Assembly: GCA_032718475.1 (NCBI GenBank)
Contig: JAUCBJ010005609.1
Span: 1-64,000 of the forward strand
Direction of reading: 5' to 3'
DNA: 64,000 nt
DNA from: Nemertoderma westbladi
Lineage: Eukaryota > Animalia > Xenacoelomorpha
Shown here: positions 13,496-23,890 of the stretch, one piece after another
Position numbering within the stretch: position 1 is the first letter of the stretch
Layout of the letters: the number at the start of each line of letters is the position of its first letter
The notes under the pieces: generated by a model
The model's database searches: none
Seen by the model: the letters and a program-made list of their open reading frames with translations, nothing else
What the model was told of the DNA's origin: nothing
Position numbers and translations under genes: made by a program

Positions 13496-14534
13496 TTTAC
13501 CGGTAGGTAATAGAGTATGCCTCTACCTGGCTCAGCAATTAATAAAATTCCAATTATTGTTTATGTGGTAACCACGGTGATCCCAAGTTTAAGGTTCACT
13601 TGCATTGAACGGATGCACTGTAAAGTCGCTCTGTTGGGACATTACAAAATAATAATATATCACTAAATGTACAAGCTGTAATGTCTTCTAAAGTTGTATA
13701 AAGTTGCTAAATAACAACTCGCTGTTAATATTAATGGCATTGAGTAATGTTACAATTGTGCAATAAAAATATATAACACATTTCACAGGTGGACACTTAA
13801 TATGTGGAGTTACACTACGATGAACTGCCTGGCGCATCTTCAGGTTACCATAGCAACAGTTCTTATTACCGTTTCGCAACACCTCACAAACTATATTGAG
13901 TATGGCTTTTCATATGATTAGCCCTATATTAACTTAACAATGGGTGTTACTACTTGTTATTATTTAGAGAGCATTCAGTCGAGACTTTCGACGAGATGGT
14001 TCATAACAGTCAAAGCACAAGGGGACATAGAAAACCCGTCAATCAATTAAACAAACAACAAACGTTTAGAGAATTTGAAAATTATATATTTATTGCGATA
14101 AAGACGTATTTATTATATAATAAGGAATTTTCCAGCTTTGCACCGTGAGTGGGACTTACTAAATTTGAAACTTGTTAGGTCCACTTGCTCAGAGGGATCC
14201 TGCTTTCAGCTTTTGGAATTTAGTTCGATTTTAGTTGAAAGTCAAATTATTTTTAAAAACCCGTTAACTAACTAAATTCGCAGTGAATATATTAAATAAA
14301 ACCACTTTAACTAAATAACATCAATATGACAACTTAACTAGTTGAACTTTCAACTAGTTGAACAGCAGTGTCTACACCGACACACGTCTATTATAGGAAG
14401 AGTTCTAGGGGTCTTAACCTCGAATGATATGTTTATTTTACCGAAAATAACCTATCTTTTATTGGCGCAATTGTAGGACTAATCCCATCACATGCGTACT
14501 TTTTTACCGTAATTAATATCTCATATCTCTCCAA

Positions 14535-14577
14535 ACCACGTACGCGTTTCGACCTTACTAGGTCTCTTCAGCGTGGT
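14535..14577 (-). ncRNA. Minimal type I hammerhead ribozyme
   Basis: Minus strand reads ACCACG-CUGAAGA-GACC-UAGUAA-GGUC-GAAA-CGCG-UA-CGUGGU: complete core (CUGANGA, GAAA, GUA triplet), 6-bp helix I, 4-bp helix II and a palindromic ACGCGU minimal helix III. Confidence 0.85.
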
Positions 14578-14613
14578 GTCGGATTCGAACCTGGGACAAC
14601 AACCATTAGGTCA

Positions 14614-15110
14614 TCGGAAACTTAAGGTCCGATTATTTAGAGCAGCAGTAGTTCCAGTACTCCTCTATGGGAGTCCATGCTGGGCTCTAACTGCTGAGGA
14701 CACCAAATCTCTGGATGGCACATTCACAAGAATGCTACGCCGGGTACATTGTGTCAAGTACAATGCACACATCTCCAACCAGACACTATATAACATTGGA
14801 GGTGTCTCATTGGTTCCCCCAAGCTTGACACTAGAACAAAATCGCCTCCGCTTTGCAGGACATTGCTTTCGCCGTGAGGACCAGCCAGTGCATAATCTTG
14901 TACTTTGGCAGCCTCATGGAGTGAATAAGCATGGTGGACAGCCCATGACTTTCTTGAGACGCATCTTAAATGACACTGGCCTTGAAGATGCGGATGATCT
15001 AGCAAATGTCATGGGTGATAGGGAGTTGTGGCGGCGCAATTTTGTCGACAAGCCGGCACAGCATTCTTAAAAATGCAGCTGCAATGCAGCATGCCGATAC
15101 TAGTAGTAGT
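14614..15110 (+). mobile_element. 5'-truncated RTE-clade-like LINE 3' end
   Basis: ORF 14573-15070 has the C-terminal signature LKVRLFRAAVVPVLLYGS..W....RLRFAGHCFR..LVLWQP.G....G.P. There is a (TAG)n tail and a 9-bp TSD ATTAGGTCA (14605-14613 and 15111-15119). Confidence 0.85.
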
Positions 15111-15639
15111 ATTAGGTCACATGTTCTTGAGATATGGAGTATTAATTTCAAAGCCAGGTGCCATTTTATTAGCCCCTGATTTTTAATATTGATAGTAACA
15201 ATGTGTTGGCAAGCTGTGTTTTTCGAGGTGTTTGTTAATACACATTTCTAGGAAGGGATCTAGGGGTCTCAACCTCGAATGATAAGTTTATTTTACCGAA
15301 AATAACTTATCTTTTACTTGGGTGGAATTCCTTGACTTCTGGAGCCAGTAGGTGGATTTACCATCACCCCATCCCACCTCCAAGGACATGCATAGAACAT
15401 AGTAAACCACAATTATGAATAAGAATGGTGCAAGTGCGTCTCCCTGGAGGACTCCCCATAACATTTGGAATGGATCTGTGCCACCATCGAGATAACTAGA
15501 GACGGCGTCAAGACGCCATTAAGCAAGTCGTAAGTCACATAAAATCCTACCGTAAAGAAGTACTCCTCCTTTCCCTCAATTGGTAAACAAATCTTTTATT
15601 ATGTAGCACACATGTGTATGGGGCGCCATTGCCGCCAAA

Positions 15640-16263
15640 AAGAAGTCAGAATATAGAAATTGAAGTCAGAAAACGGAAGCCAGAAAACGGAATTCAGAAA
15701 ATGTAACTCAGAAAAAAGAAATGGAAGTCAGAAAAAAAATTGAAGACAGAAAAAATAAATGGAAGTGAGAAAACGGAAGTAAGAAAATGGAACTCAGGAA
15801 ATGTAAGTCAGAAAAAAGAAATGGAAGCCAGAAAACGGAAGCGAGAAAACGAAAGTCAGAAAATGGAACTCAGGAAAAAAATAAATGGAAGTCAGAAAAA
15901 AGAAATGGAAGTCAGAAAAGGAAATTGAAGCCAGAAAAAAGAAATTGAAGTCAGAAAAAAGAAATGGAAGTAAGAAAATGGAACTCAGAAAATGGAAGTC
16001 AGAAAAAAGAAATGGATGTCAGAAGAAAGAAATGGAAGCCAGAAAAATAAAATTGAAGTCAGAAAAAAGAAATGGAAGTGAGAAAACGGAAGTAAGAATT
16101 TGGAACTCAGAAAATGGAACTCAGAAAACGGAAGTCGGAAAATGGAAGTTAGAAGATGGAAGTCGGAAAATGGAAGTTAGAAGATGGAAGACAGAAAATG
16201 GAAATCAGAAAACGGAAGTCAGAAAATGGAACTCAGAAAACGGAAGTCAGAAATTGGAAGTCA
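15640..16263 (+). repeat. Array of ~14-bp AAATGGAAGTCAGA units (left subterminal repeats of a DNA transposon)
   Basis: Tandem degenerate units; the same unit occurs inverted at 18221-18408. Confidence 0.85.
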
Positions 16264-17119
16264 GGCTTTCAGTCAGTAGCTTATTATCACATTCAGCATT
16301 TCAATCCCAGGCTGCCTGCCAGGTGATGTTCAGTCAGGCTTATGTTTAGGAACCGAGCTAGGCCTTGGCAAGCGCCTCTATCTCTAGGCCTATGGATCTA
16401 CTTCTTTATGTTCACATTTCAGTATTTCTATTTTACAGTACTGCAGTACCGGTACCGGTACCGGTACCAGTACGTACTCCTACTCCAGTACAGCAGTAGT
16501 TCCTGTACATTACAGCTGTTTCATACCAGCACTCAGACTGATTGGTATATCTTTACCAAACCTATGTCACCTGCTGACCTCTACTGCTGTAGTACTGGTC
16601 TGTGGGTAGTGCTGTAAGTGTAAGTGTGGTAAAGGACCCCACTAATCCCAGCATAATCATAACACAATTAATTTCAGGAATTAACGACGAACTATATATA
16701 TCGTACCTTTAGGCCTTCGGGGCTTGGAATGTTTTGGGGTTGGGTTTAAAAATCCAATAGCGCGGGTATTTAATTATCCCATAGTGCGGACCAAATACCA
16801 GGATTATGATATTACTACCGATAGTTGGTCCGCTCCTATAGGCTTCCATTACAAATTTTACATTGAAAAGCATTAGGCCGGACCAAATACCAGTAGTACT
16901 GTATATATATAGGCAATCACTTATTTCTAAATCATTTAGCAACAGTGTTGTGTTTGTTCTGGGGGTGCATTGTCCAAAGTTATTGTCCTCATGCAGTGGG
17001 TTTATCTGACTGAGAGCGTTTGATATTACATCTGAAATCAATAGGGGCAACAACAATAATGCCACTGTTGATAACGCCAGTGTCTCTGTCTGCACATATT
17101 TTAATCGGCATAGTGTGCG

Positions 17120-18060
17120 TCAATGAGATTCCCTGGATGAAAAGTCCCTGCTCTGTATCCACAACTGTGTAGGGGAATAGTTGCCCATAGAACTTAAGCA
17201 ATGTGCATTAAATTGGTTCTTAAACTCAGATAGAGATCTCTTAATATGTGGCATATACACAAAGTGTAATGAATACATGGGAATGTCATTATTAACGTCC
17301 AGTTGATCTTGATTTTCAATGCCCAAAAAATTGATTTGTAGAAAGAGATTACAACGCGATTAACCTCGCCCCAGAGCCTTTCGATCCTTTGGTTATGGAC
17401 ACTTGTCCCTGCTATAAAACTTCCTTTATTTAATCCACAATTGAACAACATAAATCTAGCGATTCCATAATTTTCCACACCTTTAGCACCGCGAACGCAA
17501 CTGGGAAAGCCAAAGCCATCAACAGCATTTATAATAAAGCCGAGCACTGTATCGGATCGGTTATTGTCAGTAACTTCAAGAGAAACAATTAACCGGTTGT
17601 ATATCAACCTGCTGTTTATCAATTTATGGTTCGTATAAACAGATTCGTTTACACATGCTTGTTGGCCTGTGTAATGTTAGAAGTGTGGCCGAATCGCAGT
17701 ATAATGACACATTGATCACCCAATAGGATCGATTCTATCGAACCGAGATGACTACGTGGGACATGGATGCTGCGGGACCTTTACACGAACCTGTCAGGTA
17801 AACCTCTCCTATGTTAGGGGTTAACTCCAACACCTCTTGTATATTTATATCCAAATTATCATCTGTGATGTGGGTGAAACGAGTTCCCGCAAGGCCAAAC
17901 TCAGAGCTCCTTCTTTCAATAGTTCTCAAACTGACTGAAAGCTTTCTACTAATATCGGGATTTGTATATCGCAATTGCCGTAAGTTTCTTAGAAGATTCA
18001 CATCTACATCTACTCTGGAACGTCCTTATGATGCCATCATTATACTGGTAGAGTCTATGT
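17120..18060 (-). pseudogene. Degenerate DDE/rve-type transposase (IS3EU-like): HTH plus integrase core
   Basis: Frameshifted fragments: ISRKLSVSLRTIERR..EFGL...F..ITDDNLD...TPNIGE (HTH), then NNRSDTVL...[22 protein letters not shown]...[21 protein letters not shown], then [23 protein letters not shown]. The family name is from recall. Confidence 0.75.
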
Positions 18061-18220
18061 ATTTAGGATTAACAATTTAGTAGAGGTTTACCCCAAGGTA
18101 TTGCATGCCTATATAAAATATTTATGATCACTTTTAAATTTAACCCTATTTTTCTATACCTCTTACTATTTTGGGCGTTGCCAGAGCATTGCTCAGCTGG
18201 ATATAGATGGGATATATTGC

Positions 18221-18408
18221 ATTTCTGACTTCCATATTCTGACTTCCATTTTCTGACTTCCATTTTCTGACTTCCACTTTCTGACTTCCATTTTCTAACT
18301 CCATTTTCAGACTTATGTTTTCTGACTTCCACTTTCTGACTTCCATTTTCTGAGTTCCACTTTTTGGCTCCCATTTTCTGACTTCCATTTATTTTTACTG
18401 ACTTCCAA
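18221..18408 (-). repeat. Inverted array of TCTGACTTCCATTT units (right subterminal repeats of the same transposon)
   Basis: Reverse complement of the 15640-16263 unit; the two arrays flank the transposase remnant. Confidence 0.85.
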
Positions 18409-18692
18409 TTTCTATTTAATATTTTTATTTATTAGCACACATATGGTTCGTATTTGGCAGAAAGATTCAGCGCCTCAAATAATATTTTAGAGAATGACTG
18501 CAACGCATCAATTTATTATCTTCTGCGAATCCAATGGTCTATGAATGCCAATACTTAATGTGTGGGGTGAGCCACGAAGTGAGCAAAGTCTTAGCATAGT
18601 GGTTCCAATATCGAGCTGTCCGTAGCCATCATCATCTAAGATTTGATCCCTATTATCTCGGTCAATCGTTGAAGAAATTAAACCATACTTGG

Positions 18693-19229
18693 TGTTAGCT
18701 TATTCAATCCCGCTAACACCCCATAAAGTTATAAGCCGATAAGCAATATTGGGAGCCACGAGATTGGGTAATTAACCAACTCGTGCCATCCCAATGAGAA
18801 TGGGAAGGAGAAGCACACAATGAGGGTCAGGGGCCAAACCCCTAACCCAGAGAGAATAGGTGGAGTGAACGGGAACACTCCAAAGGGCGCCAACAAGGGT
18901 ATCAACCAATCAGAGGGGGGAAAGGCATCGATTAGGTAGAGCAACAAGGCCAACCGTGCAATATAGCCACTTGGCAGTAATAATACCAATTCAGTTATCT
19001 CAGTGCAATACCGGTGCTAGATTAGGTTACATAGTTTTAGATAGGGAAGGACCGGGACTTTAGTTACCGTATCCCGCCTTCCGTATACGACAATATATCT
19101 ATATCTATATCTATACCTGCATATCATATTATATACGACAAACAGCACGAACTCATTTACTCTTTATACACGGCGGGGACGCGTGAACTAAAACCGGATA
19201 AACCGGGATCCCTCTTGGATCCCGTCACA
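18693..19229 (+). repeat. 5' LTR (537 bp)
   Basis: TGTTAGCTT...CCCGTCACA; no differences from 32376-32912 seen by eye. Contains CCAAT (~18906), a TATA-like AATATAG (~18960) and an Inr-like TCAGTT (~18991). Confidence 0.98.
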
Positions 19230-19298
19230 GTAACTAAATCAGCTGCCGCCCTAGATAAACTCTGTAACCATCAGCGACCAATCTAGAGATAAGGAAAG

Positions 19299-21728
19299 AT
19301 GAGTCAGTCGGGAGAAATAACACCGACGCGGACCCCGGACGAAGAACAAACGATCCGCGAGGCCGCGACCAGGCGGTATAGGCCCACGACGCCGGAGCCA
19401 TCAATAACGGGCGACCCGGAAGTTCAAGACGAGGGAGACCGTCTGGAGTCAGAAGCCGAGTCGAGAGGAGGGGGAGTCGAGTCGGAAGATAGAGAGAGCG
19501 GGCTCGAGGGAGAAGGAGACGAGTCGACACGGGACGAGGGTCGACGCACCGATGTCGCCGGCCAGCCACAGGCCGAGAGCGACGAACGGCCCACCGAGAC
19601 GACGACGGAAGGGCCGACGGTACGAGGAAGGACCCGGAGAGACGACGGAAGTGCCGATACCGATGTCGCCGGCCAGCCACAGGCCGAGGGCGACGGACGG
19701 CCCGCCGAAACGGCGACGGTGGGGCCGCCGGTACGACGTCGAACCCGGAGAGACGGACGAAGGGTCGGCGACGAGGACGTCGGGGTTTCTGAGCGACTTC
19801 GACGGGCCTACAACGCGACCCGGAGACTACTAGAGGAGGCCAGAAAGGGGAAAACGATAGACGAGGTAAAACTGAAGTCAGGACTAGGTAAGTCGGACAG
19901 ACATTTATACTATCTAATGCGTTTCGGGCAGAGAGAATTGGCCGAGGAGAGAGCGAGAAAGGTTGCCGAGGAACTGTATGACTCATGGCGGCATGGGGGT
20001 ATACAACCTAATGTAGTGTACATAGGGCCATATTTAATCGATGCCCGGGGTATAAAATTAATGGGTTGGAACAGACCTGAAGGGGGCGAATCCGAGGTTA
20101 ACCCCGAGGATTCGGCCTCGTCGGTCGGAGGGAGTTCCGGGAGGAGGGGGAAAGCTAGTAGATCGGGAAGGCGGAGGGAGTCCGTCGTAACCGATAAGTC
20201 TGCTACATCCTCCGCGAAAGAAAGACGGGTGAGAGAGGCAAGTGCCGCGTACCGTCTCGAGCTGATAGAGCAAGGTCAGAGGGAAATGGATAAACGGCTA
20301 GAGGAGGGGAGAATGCGGCTAGAGAGGGAAGCGGCATTGATTAGAGAAACCGGAGAGAGGGCCGAAAGGGCTTTGAGGGGCCTTAGGGAGTGTGAGGAAA
20401 AGGAGGAAAAGGAGTGTAGGGAACGTGAGGCGAGAGAGGAAAGGGAACGCAAAGAGCGTGAGGCAAGGGAAGAAAGGGAACGCAAAGAGCGTGAGGCGGA
20501 ACGCAAGGAGTATGAGGCGAGAAAGGAAAGTGAACGTAAGGAGCGTGAAGCGAGGCGAAGGGAGAGTGCTAGGAAAGTAGTAGAGTTGGCTGAGCGGGAC
20601 ACGCGGGAGTGTGAGAGGAGAATGACAGGAGCCGAGCGAGACCAGGAGGAATTAAAGAGACGCCAAAGTGAGCTTGGGGAACATAGGGTTAGACGCGCGC
20701 ACGAGCTGCAACTGGTGCGGGCGGGGGCGTCTGAGAGCGAGACAGGCTCGAGTATTTTAGAGGAGCCAGGGGCCGTGGATACATTTATTAATACCCCACT
20801 TACAGGGACCGCACGACAGACCCAAAACTGGTGTGACCGTACGGGCGGGGGGGGTAATAATGATAATGGTACAGTAGATGTGGTTAATATTAATAGTACC
20901 GTATGGGATAATTCTAATCAAACCTTTATTGCAGGAAATACTTTGCCTAGTGGTAGTAATTTAAATTTAAATCAGAACAATCTTAATATTAATGTAGAAA
21001 ATAATCCTAATATTAATGTAGCTAAGCAAAATAATCCAAATAACCAAAATAATAATAATTCAAATAATTTAATTAATGAGCCAAGCCCGAATTTACAAGA
21101 TAATTCAAATGATTTTATTTCGAACGAACGGGTTGATTCCGTTCCCAATACGGGTGCTATTAATGTAAACACGTCGGGCGTGTATGACCAGACAGATGGG
21201 GCCCAGGTAGGCCGCGTAGTTGGTAGGCAGGGAGTGGCTGGGTTAGGTAGACCCGGCGAGGGCCTGGTAGGCCACATAGTTGGTAGGCAGGGAGTGGCTG
21301 GGTTGGATGGACCCAGCGAGGGCCTGGTAGGCCACGTAGTTGGTAGGCAGGGAGTGGCTGGGTTGGATGGACCCAGCGAGGGCCTGGTAGGCCGCATAGT
21401 CGGTAGGCAGGGAGCAGAGGGCCTGGTAGGCCACGCAATAGCAGAGGGAGAGGCGGGGGTGAATAGACCCGACCGCGGTAGGGTTGATGTGTCGACTAGA
21501 GAGGGATATAGTAGCGGGATGAGAGATAGCGAAGTTAGATGTGGCGAGTGGGGGGGGGGGGGGGGGGGGGCTACGGGAGCCCCACAACAGCGAGTTAGCG
21601 GCGAACGGGAGGGGGCAGAGAGTGTCCCACAGCCGTCAGCGGATAATGCGAGGGCCGAAATAGGTAAACCGCAACAACCGGCGACGGAAAGTAATAGGGG
21701 GATTGCGAGTATCCCCAGCGGCGTGTGA
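19299..21728 (+). CDS. gag: N-terminal part of an extended Gag (charged coiled-coil, Asn-rich block, internal repeats)
   Basis: 809-aa ORF starting 69 nt after the 5' LTR. It ends at TGA 21726-21728, but the same frame stays open to 22538. Confidence 0.75.
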   Translation: MSQSGEITPTRTPDEEQTIREAATRRYRPTTPEPSITGDPEVQDEGDRLESEAESRGGGVESEDRESGLEGEGDESTRDEGRRTDVAGQPQAESDERPTETTTEGPTVRGRTRRDDGSADTDVAGQPQAEGDGRPAETATVGPPVRRRTRRDGRRVGDEDVGVSERLRRAYNATRRLLEEARKGKTIDEVKLKSGLGKSDRHLYYLMRFGQRELAEERARKVAEELYDSWRHGGIQPNVVYIGPYLIDARGIKLMGWNRPEGGESEVNPEDSASSVGGSSGRRGKASRSGRRRESVVTDKSATSSAKERRVREASAAYRLELIEQGQREMDKRLEEGRMRLEREAALIRETGERAERALRGLRECEEKEEKECREREAREERERKEREAREERERKEREAERKEYEARKESERKEREARRRESARKVVELAERDTRECERRMTGAERDQEELKRRQSELGEHRVRRAHELQLVRAGASESETGSSILEEPGAVDTFINTPLTGTARQTQNWCDRTGGGGNNDNGTVDVVNINSTVWDNSNQTFIAGNTLPSGSNLNLNQNNLNINVENNPNINVAKQNNPNNQNNNNSNNLINEPSPNLQDNSNDFISNERVDSVPNTGAINVNTSGVYDQTDGAQVGRVVGRQGVAGLGRPGEGLVGHIVGRQGVAGLDGPSEGLVGHVVGRQGVAGLDGPSEGLVGRIVGRQGAEGLVGHAIAEGEAGVNRPDRGRVDVSTREGYSSGMRDSEVRCGEWGGGGGGATGAPQQRVSGEREGAESVPQPSADNARAEIGKPQQPATESNRGIASIPSGV

Positions 21729-22492
21729 CCGAGCAGAGAGAGACAGGTTGACGTCGTAAGAGGGCGGACGAAGCGTCGAGCCCGATCAGAAGAGGGAAGA
21801 AGAACAGTGGGGTTTAACCGGGAGGTCGACGAGAGATCTCACGGGCGGGAATACTCCACTGAAAGGAGAAGAAGAGAAGACAGTAGTAGAAGTATCGCCG
21901 CGAACGATAGAAGAGCGAGGACGGATAGCGAGCCGTCGGTAGTCGAGATGAGAACAGAGAGTCAGTGGGGTCGGACTCCGGGAGATTGCCGTCGCCCCGG
22001 AGAGATGCGACCCGGCGAGGCGCACTACGCGCCGAGAGAGGGGTACGCGATGTACCGGTACGAAGACGAGAACAGTAGAGAGGGGGGTCGAAGAGAAACT
22101 TTCCGACGGAATACACCTATCGATCGAGAATACGGTAGCCGCGGGGAGGATTATTCGAGAAGAATAAACTTCGATCCCGAACAACACATGCAGACTGTAG
22201 GACATACTGTAGGCCTTACTGCACATACTGTAGGCCATACTGAGAGAGGCAATGTAGGCGATAGGATAGCGTGGACAACGGGATTAAACCCGGAAGTCGC
22301 GGAATACATACCGGCGGGTAGGCCAGAAGCTGATAGGCCTATACCGGTACCAGCACAGCAGTATGACTACAGCATGCAGGGACATAACATATACCCAGGG
22401 GAGGGGGGAATTATTGCGGATAGGTGCATGGGCCCCAACATATTAACATCAACCCCAGTACCAAACATACTGGTGGGGGGGGGGGGGGGGGG
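21729..22492 (+). CDS. gag: In-frame continuation of Gag after the TGA, up to the poly-G run
   Basis: Same frame as 19299 and stop-free from 21729 (PSRERQVDVVRG...) through ORF 21807-22538. It overlaps the Gag-core frame at the G run near 22475-22492. Confidence 0.6.
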
Positions 22493-23890
22493 CAGGGTGA
22501 CATTCCCCCATCACAATATCAACAATATACCCCGATAGGAGCGAGAACAACGAGACCCTTGGATGAGAATAGGTCGTGTGACACAGAAATATGGAGGGGG
22601 CCGCTACCCCCGATGACATACCCAAGTCAGAGAAAGTCAAGAAATAGGACAGACGGAACGCACCAGACAGGAGAAACTATACAGCACCCATCGAATCCAT
22701 TGGAAGCACAGGCGATGGGGATGGCCACGTTGATCGATGCGTTGAAAACGAGGATCGAGTTACCACCCGTGGAACCATTCAAATTCGATGGGAGTAGGCC
22801 GGAAGAATATCTACAGTTTCGGCGCATGTATAGTAACGAAATACTAACAAAAAACTTGACGCAGGCGGAGTGCCTAAAGTATCTACAAGTGTACACGGGA
22901 GGCCCAGCATACGACATCGTGAGGCAATATCAAGGGATAGAGGGCGGCTTCACGACAGCATGGCGGGCACTGGATAGGGAATACGGGCACCCGGCCAAGA
23001 TCATCAGGCAGACACTGAGAGGCATAACATCGGGTGGCCTACAGGATAATCCCGTTAGCATTAAGACGTTCGCTAACAAAGTCGAAAAGGCGCTGATCGT
23101 GCTGAAGACGCTAGACGCGCCATACGAGCTCAATGCGTCCAACAACATCACCACGATAGCGCAGGCACTACCAAACTGGCTGCGCAACAAGTGGAGAAAA
23201 ATCGCCTTCTCCACTCGAGATAAGAAGGGTGCGGAACCGGGTTTAGAAGAAATGTCAAACTTCTTAAACTACGAGGCTGAACTAATAACTGACCCAGTCT
23301 ATAGCGAAGATAGCCTGGGAAAGGGACCAAAGACAGACTACCATAGACCGAAACCAGAGCATAACACATCAAACGCATTACCGAGACTCAGGCAATCATT
23401 GCCATATGCAGCGACGCAGGGGACTGCAAGTCCACAGCTAGCCGAGGATAAGACAACACCATGGAGCGGACAGGGAAACAATAACAACACGAATAAACAT
23501 AACCCCAGTACGTCCAGTAGGCTAAATCCAAACAATAAGAATAGTAGGGACTTTGGTACAAACGCAACTGAGATACGCAATGCACTGTATAAAGAGGGCT
23601 ACGACCCAAAGAGCAAATGCCAGCTACACGCAAATGCGCTTCATCAAACCATGAACTGCAGGTACTGGCAGGCGCTACCTAGGCAGGATCAGATAGATTA
23701 TGCGTTCAGCAATAAAATCTGCTCGCGATGTGTAATGAGTGGACATAGAGCAAGGGAGTGCAAGGAGAAGCCGATAAAATTTGGTCAAAGGAGAGGCCAA
23801 ACGATGGCGACGAGCACAGTAGGAGCGAAGAAGAGAGGAACGGTGCTACTTGGAGTAGTACCCGTGCGAGTGATTGGGGAAGGCAATTGA
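22424..23890 (+). CDS. gag: BEL Gag core (DUF1759-like capsid region) with two Zn knuckles and the start of the protease
   Basis: LPPVEPFKFDG..EEYLQF...LKYLQVYTGGPA..IV...AW.AL.REYG; knuckles CQLHANALHQTMNC and CSRCVMSGHRAREC; VLLGVVPVRV. Confidence 0.9.
   Translation: MHGPQHININPSTKHTGGGGGGGQGDIPPSQYQQYTPIGARTTRPLDENRSCDTEIWRGPLPPMTYPSQRKSRNRTDGTHQTGETIQHPSNPLEAQAMGMATLIDALKTRIELPPVEPFKFDGSRPEEYLQFRRMYSNEILTKNLTQAECLKYLQVYTGGPAYDIVRQYQGIEGGFTTAWRALDREYGHPAKIIRQTLRGITSGGLQDNPVSIKTFANKVEKALIVLKTLDAPYELNASNNITTIAQALPNWLRNKWRKIAFSTRDKKGAEPGLEEMSNFLNYEAELITDPVYSEDSLGKGPKTDYHRPKPEHNTSNALPRLRQSLPYAATQGTASPQLAEDKTTPWSGQGNNNNTNKHNPSTSSRLNPNNKNSRDFGTNATEIRNALYKEGYDPKSKCQLHANALHQTMNCRYWQALPRQDQIDYAFSNKICSRCVMSGHRARECKEKPIKFGQRRGQTMATSTVGAKKRGTVLLGVVPVRVIGEGN

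Noticed and set aside
14578-14613. tRNA gene
   Set aside because: Only box-like motifs with 11-nt spacing; no cloverleaf.
15740-16349. Lys/Glu-rich ORFs (also 18069-18388)
   Set aside because: Translations of the 14-bp subterminal repeat.
21726-23890. TGA as selenocysteine or an alternative genetic code
   Set aside because: The positions are not Cys-like catalytic sites, no SECIS was recognised, and Trp is encoded by TGG throughout; readthrough or mutation is simpler.
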